A DNA stretch of 64,000 bases from Alphaproteobacteria bacterium (GCA_006226415.1 SBGZ01000085.1:23645-87644), one strand, 5' to 3'; shown: positions 1-10,234, counted from the first letter of the stretch. Notes: a model not told the origin generated them from the letters alone. Numbers and translations are program-made.

Positions 1-686
1 CCAGGCTTTGGGACAAGCTGATGCACGAAGAGCTCGGCTATGATGCTTATGTAGCGCAAGGCGGCGACTGGGGCTCGGTGGTCACCGGCTGGCTCGGTTA
101 CGAGGGCGCTCATTGCAAGGCCATTCACCTTTCCATGTACCCGCAATGGGCCACCCCAGGCGACACACCGCAAGGCGAAGCCGAAATCGCCCATGCGCAA
201 AAGGCCCAAATGGCATTTGAAATGGAAGGCGCCTACTTCCGCATTCAGGCCACCAAACCGGTCGGCCTTGGCATGGCCCTGGCAGATTCTCCCGTCGGCA
301 TGGCAGCCTGGTTTGCTCAGATGTTCCACACCTGGGGCGATGTCAAAAACGACGACATGGACGCCTGTTTCTCCAAGGATGATTTCCTCACCAACTTGAT
401 GATCTATCTGGTGACGGAGAGCTTCCCCACTTCAATCTGGATGTATTCAGCGATTTTCTCCGACCCCGGCGGCGATCCACTGCCAGAGGGCGCGCGCATC
501 ACCCGGCCGGTGGGCGTGGCCAACTTTCCTGGCGATCCTGTCTACACATGGCCGCCCCAATCCCGCATTGAACGCTCTATGAACGTAGCACAGTGGACGG
601 ACTATGAGATCGGCGGTCACTTCGCTGCCCTTGAACAACCCACCCTCTTTGCCGATGATGTGCTACGATTCGTCAACACCCTCTGA
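1..686 (+). CDS. Epoxide hydrolase (alpha/beta hydrolase), 5'-truncated by window edge
   Basis: QGGDWG nucleophile elbow, SPVGMAAW, and C-terminal GGHFAALEQP catalytic His motif. Confidence 0.9.
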   Translation, partial: RLWDKLMHEELGYDAYVAQGGDWGSVVTGWLGYEGAHCKAIHLSMYPQWATPGDTPQGEAEIAHAQKAQMAFEMEGAYFRIQATKPVGLGMALADSPVGMAAWFAQMFHTWGDVKNDDMDACFSKDDFLTNLMIYLVTESFPTSIWMYSAIFSDPGGDPLPEGARITRPVGVANFPGDPVYTWPPQSRIERSMNVAQWTDYEIGGHFAALEQPTLFADDVLRFVNTL

Positions 687-713
687 TTGAGGGCCAACCC
701 TCGCGGCGACCCC

Positions 714-2492
714 ATGACCTTAGATCAAGGCATTGCCTTTGCTACTCTTTTCGTGAGCCTCGCCCTTTTTGTCTGGGGTCGCTGGCGCTACGATATTGTC
801 GCCATCATTGCCCTCATAATCGTCGCCTTGGCAGGTCTGGTGGAGCGCGATCAGATTCTCGCCGGTTTCGGCCATCCGGCCGTCATTACAGTCGCTGCCG
901 TTTTGGTTATCTCCCATGCGCTGCGCCGCGCGGGCGTGGTCGACATCGTCGCACGCATCCTCGCCCCTTTCACCAAAAACACCTTCACGCACATTGTGGG
1001 CCTCTCGGGCATTGCGGCCATCTGTTCTGCTTTCATGAACAATGTGGGCGCCATTGCCATCATGCTGCCAGTTGCACTGGCGAGCTGCGCCGAGCGCGAA
1101 CGCTCCCCGGCCATTGTTCTCATGCCACTTGCCTTCGGCTCCATTCTGGGCGGCCTCATGACCATGATCGGCACGCCCCCCAACATCATCATCGCCACCT
1201 ACCGTGCCAGCATCACCGGTGAGCCCTTCGGCATGTTTGATTTCTCACCGGTGGGCATTCCCATTGCCTTGGCCGGTCTTGTTTTTGTCGCTCTCATTGG
1301 CTGGCGCCTCATTCCCACAGAGCGCATCGGCAAAAAGAGTACCGAAGAGCTTTTTCACATCCAGGACTACATCACAGAGGTCCAGATCGCGCCCGAAAGC
1401 CCCCTGATTGGCCTCACATTGCTGGAAGCCGAAGCCAAGACCGGCGAGGATGTCATGATCACGGGCCTTGCACGTGGCGATGGAAAAATGCGCCATCCGG
1501 CCCCCTGGCAGGTCCTGCGTGGAGGTGATTATCTCTTGATCCGGGCCGAGCCCACGGATCTCAAGCCTGCCATGGACGACAACAAGCTGGAGCTGGTCGC
1601 CACAGAAAGCGGCGGCGCCCCCCATGGCGCGCCGGAAAACACACGCATTCTCGAAGCTGTCGTCACCCCCGGGTCGCGCCTTGAAGGACGCTCACCGCAT
1701 TTTCTGCGCTGGCGATCCGGTTATGCGCTCGATCTTCTGGGGATCGCCCGCGAAGGTGAACCCATCCGCATGCGGATCAAGCGTGCTCAGATCAAAGCCG
1801 GTGACATTCTGCTGTTACAGGCCGCCGAAAGCTCTGGAGGTGAAATCCTGTCCGACCTCGGCCTTTTGCCTCTGCCCGAACGCGGCCTGGCACTCGGGAA
1901 ACCGCGCCGTATCTTGCTGCCGATCCTCATCTTCGGCTGTGCCATCATCATGTCAGCCTTTGGCATCTTACCCATTGCTGTGGCTTTTTTGGCGGCCATC
2001 ATCGCTTTTGTTTTGCTGGACATTCTGCCGCTGCGCGAACTCTACACCAACATCGACTGGCCGATCATTGTGCTCCTGGGGGCCATGATCCCGGTCGGCC
2101 AGGCGCTGGAAGAGACCGGCGCCACCGGCCTCATCGCCTCCACATTGCTCGGCTTTACCGGCGCCCTGCCGGCCTGGGCGATCCTCGCCCTCGTTATGAT
2201 CATCACCATGACCCTGTCTGATCTCATCAACAATGCGGCCACCGCCCTTGTCATGGCGCCCATCGCGGTCGCCATTGCGCAAGGCCTCGGGGTGTCCATT
2301 GATCCTTTCCTGATGGCCGTGGCCATCGCCGCCTCTTGCGCCTTCCTCACCCCCATCGGCCACCAATCCAACACATTGGTCATGGGACCCGGCGGTTATC
2401 ACTTCGGCGACTATTGGCGCATGGGCCTTCCCCTGGAACTCCTGATCCTGGTGATCTCCATCCCGCTCATCCTGATCGTGTTCCCGCTTTAA
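714..2492 (+). CDS. SLC13/DASS-family permease with two TrkA-C (RCK_C) domains
   Basis: SAFMNN, GTPPN, INNAA and FLTPIGHQSN motifs; hydrophobic ends around a soluble centre; ATG at 714 preferred over TTG at 687. Confidence 0.9.
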   Translation: MTLDQGIAFATLFVSLALFVWGRWRYDIVAIIALIIVALAGLVERDQILAGFGHPAVITVAAVLVISHALRRAGVVDIVARILAPFTKNTFTHIVGLSGIAAICSAFMNNVGAIAIMLPVALASCAERERSPAIVLMPLAFGSILGGLMTMIGTPPNIIIATYRASITGEPFGMFDFSPVGIPIALAGLVFVALIGWRLIPTERIGKKSTEELFHIQDYITEVQIAPESPLIGLTLLEAEAKTGEDVMITGLARGDGKMRHPAPWQVLRGGDYLLIRAEPTDLKPAMDDNKLELVATESGGAPHGAPENTRILEAVVTPGSRLEGRSPHFLRWRSGYALDLLGIAREGEPIRMRIKRAQIKAGDILLLQAAESSGGEILSDLGLLPLPERGLALGKPRRILLPILIFGCAIIMSAFGILPIAVAFLAAIIAFVLLDILPLRELYTNIDWPIIVLLGAMIPVGQALEETGATGLIASTLLGFTGALPAWAILALVMIITMTLSDLINNAATALVMAPIAVAIAQGLGVSIDPFLMAVAIAASCAFLTPIGHQSNTLVMGPGGYHFGDYWRMGLPLELLILVISIPLILIVFPL

Positions 2493-2597
2493 ACAGTGCG
2501 CCGATCCTCGCCCCGGATGTCGATGGCGTTATCATGGACGGCTGCGGGCATTTCATGCGCCGTCATGCGATGCGGCTATAGCCCAGTTCAAAGCCCT

Positions 2598-3800
2598 TTA
2601 GAAATAATCCAGCGTTGGAAAGTCGCTTCTGCCATCAAGGCAATCCGCCAGATACACCATCAGCCCCGCGTCGCCAGTCCACAGCCCATAGCGATCATCG
2701 TCCTGATAGGCCTCGCCCATCGACTGCCATTGCTGGATCGCGGCCATGGCAAAGGCGCGGGCACGCGTCAGCCACACCTCGTCGCCGGTCGCTTTATAGA
2801 GCTTCAAAAAGGCATAGCCATTGCCCGGCGTGCCGTGGCAGAGCGAGGGATATTTGGTGAGCGGCCCGGCTTTCCAGATAAGCTCGCCCGCGCCCACGAG
2901 CGCCGCGTCGAATTCCGCCGAACCCGTGCCGTAAAGCGAAATCAGGTTGATGACAAAGCCCGGCGCGCCGTGACACCACTGCACCAGCATGTTGCCGCCT
3001 CCCACACTGGACGGACCAATGACCGGCGGCCAGTTGACGAGGTCCCCTTCCCGCTGCGCCGTCGCCAAGACAAAGGTAAGGATCATCTCTCGCCACGCGC
3101 CGAACGCCGCCTCGCTGAATTGCGCCCGCATGTTAAGCACGGCCACCACATTGCCGGCAAAGCCGTGACCCGCGCCGGTCAGCAGAGATGTCTTGCCATA
3201 GAGATCGATGTTCCACATCCGGCACTGGCAGGTCTCTTCCCATGTCAGCTGCTGCCACAGATGGTCAGCGCCAAGCCGCACCTCCTCGGCGAACCGATCA
3301 TCCCCGGTCATGTTAAAAGCATGCGCCGCCGCTTGCATGGAGGCCGGCGCGCCCCACAAGAACTCCAACCAGGGATGACCCCGGTTGGCGGTGATCAGCG
3401 TCAGCAGCCTTTCCCAGTCAACCTCGCCGGTCAGCTTCGCCTTGGCCAAGAGAGCACCAGGTGAGGTCATCAAAAAGGAATGAGCCATAGGAACCTTAAA
3501 AGGCGCGAAAACATTCTGCTCCAGCCCCTCAGCGGCAGCCGGATCGTCTAGCTCTGGCATGTGCAAGGTCAGGTCATCAGCGAGATGTCCGCGTGATTGC
3601 AACTCTCGCACCGCCCAGAGAATACCGCCCGCGCCCAAATAGATGGAGGAACGAACAAAGGAGGGCGCTAGCCAGAAGCCATCAACCTGCTGCGCGCCTT
3701 GAAGACCGCGCCCAATGTCGCTGATCACCGCCCGCACGACGTCTGCGTCCCAAGGCCCGGTTTCGAGCCAGTGGTGACGGTCGTCTTCAAAAAGGGTCAT
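2598..3800 (-). CDS. Lanthionine synthetase C-like (LanCL) protein
   Basis: Repeated GxxG motifs; GAGHGFAG, QWCHGAPG, SLCHGTPG (Zn ligands Cys/Cys/His) and GLWTGDAG. Confidence 0.88.
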   Translation of the reverse strand: MTLFEDDRHHWLETGPWDADVVRAVISDIGRGLQGAQQVDGFWLAPSFVRSSIYLGAGGILWAVRELQSRGHLADDLTLHMPELDDPAAAEGLEQNVFAPFKVPMAHSFLMTSPGALLAKAKLTGEVDWERLLTLITANRGHPWLEFLWGAPASMQAAAHAFNMTGDDRFAEEVRLGADHLWQQLTWEETCQCRMWNIDLYGKTSLLTGAGHGFAGNVVAVLNMRAQFSEAAFGAWREMILTFVLATAQREGDLVNWPPVIGPSSVGGGNMLVQWCHGAPGFVINLISLYGTGSAEFDAALVGAGELIWKAGPLTKYPSLCHGTPGNGYAFLKLYKATGDEVWLTRARAFAMAAIQQWQSMGEAYQDDDRYGLWTGDAGLMVYLADCLDGRSDFPTLDYF

Positions 3801-3839
3801 TGGAGACCTGCGCTTTGTGGGGGCTGTCGGGAGCGGCCT

Positions 3840-4799
3840 CTAAGCCAGGCCTTCCCGGCCCATGGCCAGAAACTTGTGACGGCGCAGCTCTTTCAGCGCC
3901 GAAGGGCCCATGCCGGAAAACTCTTTCAAGGACTTTTCAATAGCAATGCCCGTGTCGAGAATGGTCTTTAAGGGGTCGCGGTGCGCGCCGCCGATCGGCT
4001 CCGTGATGATTTCATCAATCACCTTGATCTCCAGGAGATCTTGCGCGGTAATCTTCATGGCAGTGGCCGCATCCTGCGCCTTGGTGGCTTCGCGCCACAG
4101 GATCGATGAACACGCCTCCGGCGAAATCACCGAATAGACCGAATGCTCCAGCATCATCACATGATTGGCGGTCGCCAGCGCCACAGCGCCGCCCGAGCCC
4201 CCTTCACCGATCACGACAGAGACTAGCGGCACACCGACCTTGAGGCAGGCTTCCGTGGAGCGGGCAATGGCTTCCGCCTGGCCACGCTCTTCCGCGCCGA
4301 TGCCCGGATAGGCGCCCGAGGTGTCCACCAGCGTAATGATCGGCAGATTGAAACGGTCCGCCATATCCATCAGACGGATCGCCTTGCGATACCCCTCTGG
4401 CCGCGCCATGCCGAAATTGTGCCGCATGCGGCTTTGGGTGTCGGAACCTTTTTCCTGACCGATGACGACGACTGAGCGGCCCTTAAAGCGGCCCAGTCCG
4501 CCAATGATCGCCTCGTCATTGGCAAAATTGCGGTCGCCCGCGAGCGGCGTGAAATCTTCGATAAGCTGCGCCACAAAGTCAGAAAAATGCGGCCGCGCCG
4601 GGTGACGGGCCACTTGCACTTTTTGCCAACGGCTGAGTTTGGCATAAAGGTCGGTCAGCTCTTTGCCGGCTTTCAGCTCCAGACGGGCAATCTCGCCGGA
4701 AACATCCACCGTTGTGTCCCCGCCAGCCACCTGCCGCAGCTCTTCAATTTTGCCTTCGATCTCAGCGATCGGCTTTTCAAAATCCAGATATGTTCGCAT
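3840..4799 (-). CDS. accA: Acetyl-CoA carboxylase carboxyltransferase alpha subunit
   Basis: [11 protein letters not shown] start; [27 protein letters not shown]. Confidence 0.97.
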   Translation of the reverse strand: MRTYLDFEKPIAEIEGKIEELRQVAGGDTTVDVSGEIARLELKAGKELTDLYAKLSRWQKVQVARHPARPHFSDFVAQLIEDFTPLAGDRNFANDEAIIGGLGRFKGRSVVVIGQEKGSDTQSRMRHNFGMARPEGYRKAIRLMDMADRFNLPIITLVDTSGAYPGIGAEERGQAEAIARSTEACLKVGVPLVSVVIGEGGSGGAVALATANHVMMLEHSVYSVISPEACSSILWREATKAQDAATAMKITAQDLLEIKVIDEIITEPIGGAHRDPLKTILDTGIAIEKSLKEFSGMGPSALKELRRHKFLAMGREGLA

Positions 4800-5073
4800 G
4801 GGCTGCGCCGGCGCGTTATACGGCGGTTTCATGTATAAAAACCCTCACCAAATTTTCAGGGCGCAATCTCCAGATTTCAAAACGAAAGTCAACCGAAGAA
4901 AATCCGCAGGTCGCCGGTCTTATGTGCCGACCCCATCACCCTTATTCGCCATTTGACAAAATGGCATACTCACAGGCCTTTCAGCATGACCGCATTTAAC
5001 ATTGAAATCAAGGAGAAAGGGTCCGTGAACACCTCAGAAACCCGCAGAAAACCTTAAGTTTTTGTAAGAAACC

Positions 5074-6108
5074 CTAGTCCTTGCTGGCGATTTCAGCGGC
5101 CGCGAGCTCGGCCTCCAACTTGTCCCGGGCGGGGCTTAAAGGGTGAAACTCCGTCACCATTTCCTTCAAGCGCTCTTCCAGCACATGGGTATAGATCTGT
5201 GTTGTGGAGATATCCGCATGGCCCAGCATTTTCTGAACCGAGCGCAGATCCGCGCCATTGGCGAGCAAATGGCTGGCAAAAGCGTGACGCAGAGTATGCG
5301 GAGAAATCTTATTGGCTGGAATATCGGCTTCCTTGGCAAGCTCTTTGAGGAGCTGACCAAACCGCTGGCGGGTCAGATGTCCTTCCCGGCCCCGCGACGG
5401 GAACAGGAACCGCGCAGTTTCAAAGGGCTCAACCCCTTCGCGGTTAAACCGCGGCACGAAGCGCGGACGCACTTGCAGATACATGGAGATCGCCCGGGAG
5501 GCCGCCTCATTAAGCGGCACAACGCGTTCACGCCCGCCCTTGCCGGTAATATAGAGTACCGGATCTTCAATCCGGGTGGCGGCAATCGCGGCCGATTGCG
5601 GCAACTCAACGAGCTCGGACACCCGAAGACCTGTCGCATAAAGAATTTCCATCAGGCAATAAAGGCGCACTCCTTCCGGATCGCGGCCGTCCTGAGAGCG
5701 CTTCCAGGCCGTCTCAAGGAGGCCATCAACTTCACGCTCTGAAAGGATCTTGGGCAAGGGACGCGCGCGCTGCGGGCTGTCAATCACCGAGCAGGGATCG
5801 TCCGCGCGGACGCCTTCCGCATAGAGAAACTTGTGATACTGCCGAAGCGCCGACAAACGCCGGGCGGCGGTCGAGGCCGCGAGCCCCGCCACTTCCAGCT
5901 TGCGCAGATAGCTGCGCACTGCGTCGGAGTCCGCATTTGCCGCCGTGAGCCCCAGCTCCGCTGCGTAAACAGCAAAGTCCGTCAGGTCACGGGCATAGCT
6001 TTCAAGGGTGTTCTGGGCAGCGCCCCGCTCGGCGGAGAGCATCTCAAGAAAGGCCTCCACATGGTGAAAACCGTCCATTTGCTTATGTGCTTGATCGAGT
6101 AGGGCCAT
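5074..6108 (-). CDS. xerD: Site-specific tyrosine recombinase XerD
   Basis: LYATGLRVSEL, SPHTLRHAFASHLL, LGHADISTTQIYT; typical aroK-xerD-accA synteny. Confidence 0.93.
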   Translation of the reverse strand: MALLDQAHKQMDGFHHVEAFLEMLSAERGAAQNTLESYARDLTDFAVYAAELGLTAANADSDAVRSYLRKLEVAGLAASTAARRLSALRQYHKFLYAEGVRADDPCSVIDSPQRARPLPKILSEREVDGLLETAWKRSQDGRDPEGVRLYCLMEILYATGLRVSELVELPQSAAIAATRIEDPVLYITGKGGRERVVPLNEAASRAISMYLQVRPRFVPRFNREGVEPFETARFLFPSRGREGHLTRQRFGQLLKELAKEADIPANKISPHTLRHAFASHLLANGADLRSVQKMLGHADISTTQIYTHVLEERLKEMVTEFHPLSPARDKLEAELAAAEIASKD

Positions 6109-6131
6109 GTAAACCTTATCGATCGTTTACC

Positions 6132-6147
6132 GTTAAAAAAGGGTTAA
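6132..6147 (-). promoter_or_regulatory. CtrA-type binding site upstream of xerD
   Basis: Minus strand reads TTAA-CCCTTTT-TTAAC, matching TTAA-N7-TTAAC; further TTAA half-sites lie nearby. Confidence 0.6.
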
Positions 6148-6177
6148 TAGTTAAGGGCTTGTCTTAAGAATTTTCAT

Positions 6178-6212
6178 AAAAAAGGAACGGGAGCCGTCGC
6201 TTGACGGCGTTC
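6178..6212 (-). terminator. Probable intrinsic terminator between the hypothetical gene and xerD
   Basis: GCCGTC/GACGGC stem extended by GAACG/CGTTC, followed by a T6 tract on the minus strand. Confidence 0.5.
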
Positions 6213-6230
6213 ATTTTCTAGGGCGAGAGG

Positions 6231-8108
6231 TTAAGAAGCCCGGGCGATCAGGGACTCAATGGCAATCGCCTGCGCTTCGGTAAAAAGACCGACACGGGCA
6301 AGCGCCGCCACCACTTTCTCAACCACCGCGGTTGGCGCGCCCTGCGGACCTTCCGGCCCCAGCGCGACCAAAGAGAACATAACCGTTTCGCCAAGACGCC
6401 CGGCCCGCGAGGCCGCCTCAAGCCCTGAAAGCACACCGCTGGGCGGCATCTGTCCTTCAACCTCCAGCGGCCGGGAGATAATCAACTGACGGGCCTCCAT
6501 GGGCACCATCACCCCCAGAATTTCCATCAGTCGCATTTCATGAACCGCCAGGGCAAAACTGGCGTCTTCCTTGGCACCGAGAAGACGCGCGACCGGATCC
6601 CAGTTCATCAGCGTATCCTGGCGCGGCAGATTTCGGATCTGTCGGCAGGTATCAAAAGTTTGCAGACGCTGCGATCTCTCGCCGCCACTTGCAACAACTT
6701 GCATCTCCTGCGCCAAAGCCAATTCCAACCAGGCCTCTCCCTGCGCATAATGGTTGATGGCATAAAGTGCCGGCACAAAATCCCCCGCATAGGGCGCAAA
6801 TGCCGGATCGGCTTCAAGCTCACCGATCATGGGGCCATAAATGTCCATGGCAACTTGATAGGTTCCGGACAAGCGTCCAACATCCAAAGCTTTCTTGATC
6901 TGGCTCGCCCGGGCCTGGAGCGCCTCCTGCGCTTCTACATATTGATAGAGCGCCGCCCGCGCCTCGGGAGAAGGGTTTTCATAGACTTTCTCAACCAGAC
7001 CCATCATTTCCGACTGCAAAAAAGGCACATTGTGGTAAAGGATTGCCAGTTTGCGCGGCTCCAGCGCACCGCCACGCGCCGCAGTTTCGGCCACCGGCAA
7101 TCGCGCAGCCATCAGATCGGCCGCCGCCCCGCCCGCCATACCGGTTTTGGCGATTTCCAATTGAACCGGCAAGGATGCGGCGCCCATGGCTGTTGTCGGT
7201 AAACCGGCCTCCGCCAGACGCAACAGCGCGAGGGTCAACTCATCCGCCTCGCCAAAATCGTCGATCTCCACGGGCAAATGATCGAGCGCCGACAAAAGCA
7301 GACTGAAAAAGACCGGATCTTCATAGCCATCTTCGCGCAAAAGATTGGCCGACAGACGCGCCGAGGCCTGATCGCCAGCCACTGCATAACAATAGGCCCG
7401 GATCTTGAGCCACAGATTGTCATCTGAAAGGCCGCGGGCGCGGGCGGCCTGCCCGCAAGCACTCTGCACATCGCCGCCAAGCAGGGAAACTTTTGCGGCA
7501 ACCAGCAAAACATCAGGATCGCCGCCAGGGGTCAGATCCTGTTGCGTCAGACTTTCCGCGGCCTCAATAAACCCCGCCTTGTAAAGCCCCTCCAACCGCA
7601 GCCCCAAAAGCGATGCGCCATCGGCTTCACCGGCAGGTGCCAATGACTTGGAAGCATAAAGGCGATAGGCCATGTCACGCATCGTCTTTGACGACAAGCG
7701 ACCTGGAATTTGCGGCAAATAGGCGGTAACCGTCTTGCGATTCGACCCGGACCACATATCAGACGGAAATCCGCCGCCCGCTTCGTCGATGAGCCCCAAA
7801 ACCACCGAATCCAGAGAATCGAGCGTGCCGACATCGACAGCGTTTTCAGCCCCCGGGGCCGCGCGCAGCGATTCCAGCCCGCTTTCTCTTTTGTCTTCCT
7901 TGGGCGCCACAAAGCCGCCGCCAATCAGGCCGATAGGCGCGCCGGTGGCCTCATCAGACCCCTCGCCCTCATCATCAGCCGACCCGGCACGCACCACGGG
8001 CGGCGCAGCCCCCTTACTGCTGGCATCCACGCCGCGAGCAGGCCCGCTCAAGGTCAGCACAAGAGCGAGAACCGAAAAATTTGAAAGCTTACTGAGAGAA
8101 CCTGTCAT
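6231..8108 (-). CDS. Conserved exported hypothetical protein (alpha-helical repeat-like) of the xerD locus
   Basis: 625-aa ORF with signal-like N-terminus; GGFPSDMWSGS and C-terminal AASRAGRLGET..LARVGL..A..IA.E motifs. Confidence 0.75.
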   Translation of the reverse strand: MTGSLSKLSNFSVLALVLTLSGPARGVDASSKGAAPPVVRAGSADDEGEGSDEATGAPIGLIGGGFVAPKEDKRESGLESLRAAPGAENAVDVGTLDSLDSVVLGLIDEAGGGFPSDMWSGSNRKTVTAYLPQIPGRLSSKTMRDMAYRLYASKSLAPAGEADGASLLGLRLEGLYKAGFIEAAESLTQQDLTPGGDPDVLLVAAKVSLLGGDVQSACGQAARARGLSDDNLWLKIRAYCYAVAGDQASARLSANLLREDGYEDPVFFSLLLSALDHLPVEIDDFGEADELTLALLRLAEAGLPTTAMGAASLPVQLEIAKTGMAGGAAADLMAARLPVAETAARGGALEPRKLAILYHNVPFLQSEMMGLVEKVYENPSPEARAALYQYVEAQEALQARASQIKKALDVGRLSGTYQVAMDIYGPMIGELEADPAFAPYAGDFVPALYAINHYAQGEAWLELALAQEMQVVASGGERSQRLQTFDTCRQIRNLPRQDTLMNWDPVARLLGAKEDASFALAVHEMRLMEILGVMVPMEARQLIISRPLEVEGQMPPSGVLSGLEAASRAGRLGETVMFSLVALGPEGPQGAPTAVVEKVVAALARVGLFTEAQAIAIESLIARAS

Positions 8109-8220
8109 TGGAAATTACCTGCTCCACCTCAGTTTGCGGCGTTGGCAGGGTATAGGCATAGACAACGAGCCCGGCGAAAACCAAAAAGAGAATTCCGGCA
8201 ACAATCAAAAATAGACGCAT
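8089..8220 (-). CDS. Small (43 aa) single-TM protein, absent from the ORF track
   Basis: Manual translation MRLFLIVAGILFLVFAGLVVYAYTLPTPQTEVEQVISNDRFSQ*; overlaps the start of the downstream gene. Confidence 0.75.
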   Translation of the reverse strand: MRLFLIVAGILFLVFAGLVVYAYTLPTPQTEVEQVISNDRFSQ

Positions 8221-8520
8221 GTTTTTCTGTTCGACTTAGGTTGTTCAAATCTCTGTAAAGCCGCCCCCGGCTTTCCCCGCCTTGCCCCGTTCACAGTTAA
8301 GGGCATAGCACACTTGCCCTGCCGAGCCCAAGGGTCTGGCACTATTCGGCTCATATTTCCGCCAAATCGTGCCCGAAAAGCCCCGATTGAGCGGTCTTGA
8401 TGCTTCTCTTGCCATAGATTTATGGCGAAATCTGGTGTAAATCCAAGACTTGAAGTGGCACAGAGCCCCCATGACAGGACAAATGCTCGGCCCTAGGACA
8501 ATAAGGAAAACTCCGGAGCC

Positions 8521-9096
8521 GTGAGTTCAGATCAACACCCAAGCCCCCTCGGCACCGACAAGCGGTCAATCGTGCTTGTCGGCCTCATGGGCTCGGGAAA
8601 ATCGACCGTTGGACGCCGATTGGCCAATACCCTCAACCTTCCGTTCTACGATGCCGATACCGAGATTGAGCGCGCGGCGGGGGAATCCATCAACGAAATA
8701 TTCGAACTGCGCGGCGAAGAAGTGTTCCGGCGCGGCGAAGCCAAAGTGATCGCCCGCTTGCTGGACGGTCATCAATGTGTGCTGGCAACAGGCGGCGGCG
8801 CCTTTATGAACGATGAAACCCGGCAGATCATTAAGGACCGCGCTATTTCGATTTGGCTGAAAGCCGATCTCGATTTGTTGATGGCCCGTGTCCTGCGCCG
8901 CGACACCCGGCCCCTTTTGCGAACCGGCGACCCTGAAGAAACCATGCGCCGCCTCATGGAAGTGCGCAACCCGGTCTATGCCAAAGCCGACATTGCGGTA
9001 GAAAGCCAATCGGGGCCACACAACATAACGATCAAAAACATCCTGGACGCCCTGGAAGCCCATTGCCAGATCGCTGAGGACAACCTTTCATCATGA
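8521..9096 (+). CDS. aroK: Shikimate kinase
   Basis: GLMGSGKST P-loop, FYDAD, ATGGG, RPLL. Confidence 0.96.
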   Translation: MSSDQHPSPLGTDKRSIVLVGLMGSGKSTVGRRLANTLNLPFYDADTEIERAAGESINEIFELRGEEVFRRGEAKVIARLLDGHQCVLATGGGAFMNDETRQIIKDRAISIWLKADLDLLMARVLRRDTRPLLRTGDPEETMRRLMEVRNPVYAKADIAVESQSGPHNITIKNILDALEAHCQIAEDNLSS

Positions 9097-10229
9097 CCTC
9101 CCCCGCACCGCAAAATGCTAAACCGCTCCATGCCTGTGTGCCGGTTGATCTGGGTGAGCGATCCTACGACATCCTGATTGGCCCCGGCCTCCTGCAATCG
9201 GCCGGCGAACACATCGCACCCCGATTAAACCAGCCGCGCACCCTTGTCGTCACCGACAGCACAGTGGCAAATATTCATCTGGAGACCCTCCTGAACAGCT
9301 TGCGCGCCTCAGGGATAGAAACGTCATCTTATGTGGTGCCCGCTGGTGAGGCCTCCAAATCTTTCACCGAGCTTGAGAAGCTTTGCGAAGCCATTCTCAC
9401 CGCGCGCCTCGAACGCGCTGACAGCATCATCGCCCTTGGGGGCGGTGTTATCGGTGACCTCACCGGGTTTGCCGCCGCAATTGTCCGCCGCGGCATGAAG
9501 TTCATTCAGATCCCGACCACGCTTTTGTCTCAGGTGGATTCCTCGGTCGGTGGCAAAACCGGCATCAACACCACAATGGGCAAAAATCTGGTCGGCGCCT
9601 TCCATCAGCCCAGCTTGGTTCTGGCGGATATTGCCTGCCTGGATACCTTACCTGCGCGCGACTTCCTGTCGGGCTATGCGGAAGTGGTCAAATACGGGCT
9701 CATCAATGATCCGGATTTCTTTTCCTGGCTTGATCTAAACCTGGACCTTTTGAAGGCGGGCGATATCGACGCGCGTGCCGAAGCGGTGCGCCGGTCCTGC
9801 CTCGCCAAGGCGAACATCGTCGCCCAGGATGAAACCGAACAGGGCCTGCGTGCCCTGCTCAACCTCGGCCACACCTTTGGCCACGCTCTGGAAGCCGAAA
9901 CCGGTTACTCGGCACGCCTGACCCATGGCGAAGGCGTCGCCATCGGCATGGCGCTGGCCATGGCTTTTTCCGCCGAAGAGGGCCTGTGCCCCTCGCAAGA
10001 AAGCGAGCGCGCCACCGCGCACCTTGCGCGAGCGGGACTCAAGACCCAAATAAAACAGATCGAGGGACCGGCCCTGGACCCGGATCGACTTCTGACGGCC
10101 ATGTTCCAGGACAAAAAGGTCCAAAGTGGCCGCCTTACGTTTATTTTATCGCGCGGCATCGGTCAGGCCTACATCGCCCGCGACATCGCCCCGGAAAAGC
10201 TCAAAGCCTTTCTTACAACTCAAGTGTGA
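9093..10229 (+). CDS. aroB: 3-dehydroquinate synthase
   Basis: ALGGGVIGD, PTTLLSQVDSSVGGKTG, LNLGHTFGHA. Confidence 0.97.
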   Translation: MTSPAPQNAKPLHACVPVDLGERSYDILIGPGLLQSAGEHIAPRLNQPRTLVVTDSTVANIHLETLLNSLRASGIETSSYVVPAGEASKSFTELEKLCEAILTARLERADSIIALGGGVIGDLTGFAAAIVRRGMKFIQIPTTLLSQVDSSVGGKTGINTTMGKNLVGAFHQPSLVLADIACLDTLPARDFLSGYAEVVKYGLINDPDFFSWLDLNLDLLKAGDIDARAEAVRRSCLAKANIVAQDETEQGLRALLNLGHTFGHALEAETGYSARLTHGEGVAIGMALAMAFSAEEGLCPSQESERATAHLARAGLKTQIKQIEGPALDPDRLLTAMFQDKKVQSGRLTFILSRGIGQAYIARDIAPEKLKAFLTTQV

Positions 10230-10234
10230 CCCCC

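Noticed and set aside
2598-3800. Lanthipeptide biosynthetic gene cluster
   Set aside because: No dehydratase, precursor peptide, protease or exporter in the neighbourhood.
5074-6108. Tyrosine recombinase as a phage or island integrase
   Set aside because: Motifs and aroK/accA synteny indicate housekeeping XerD; no att sites or mobile genes were seen.
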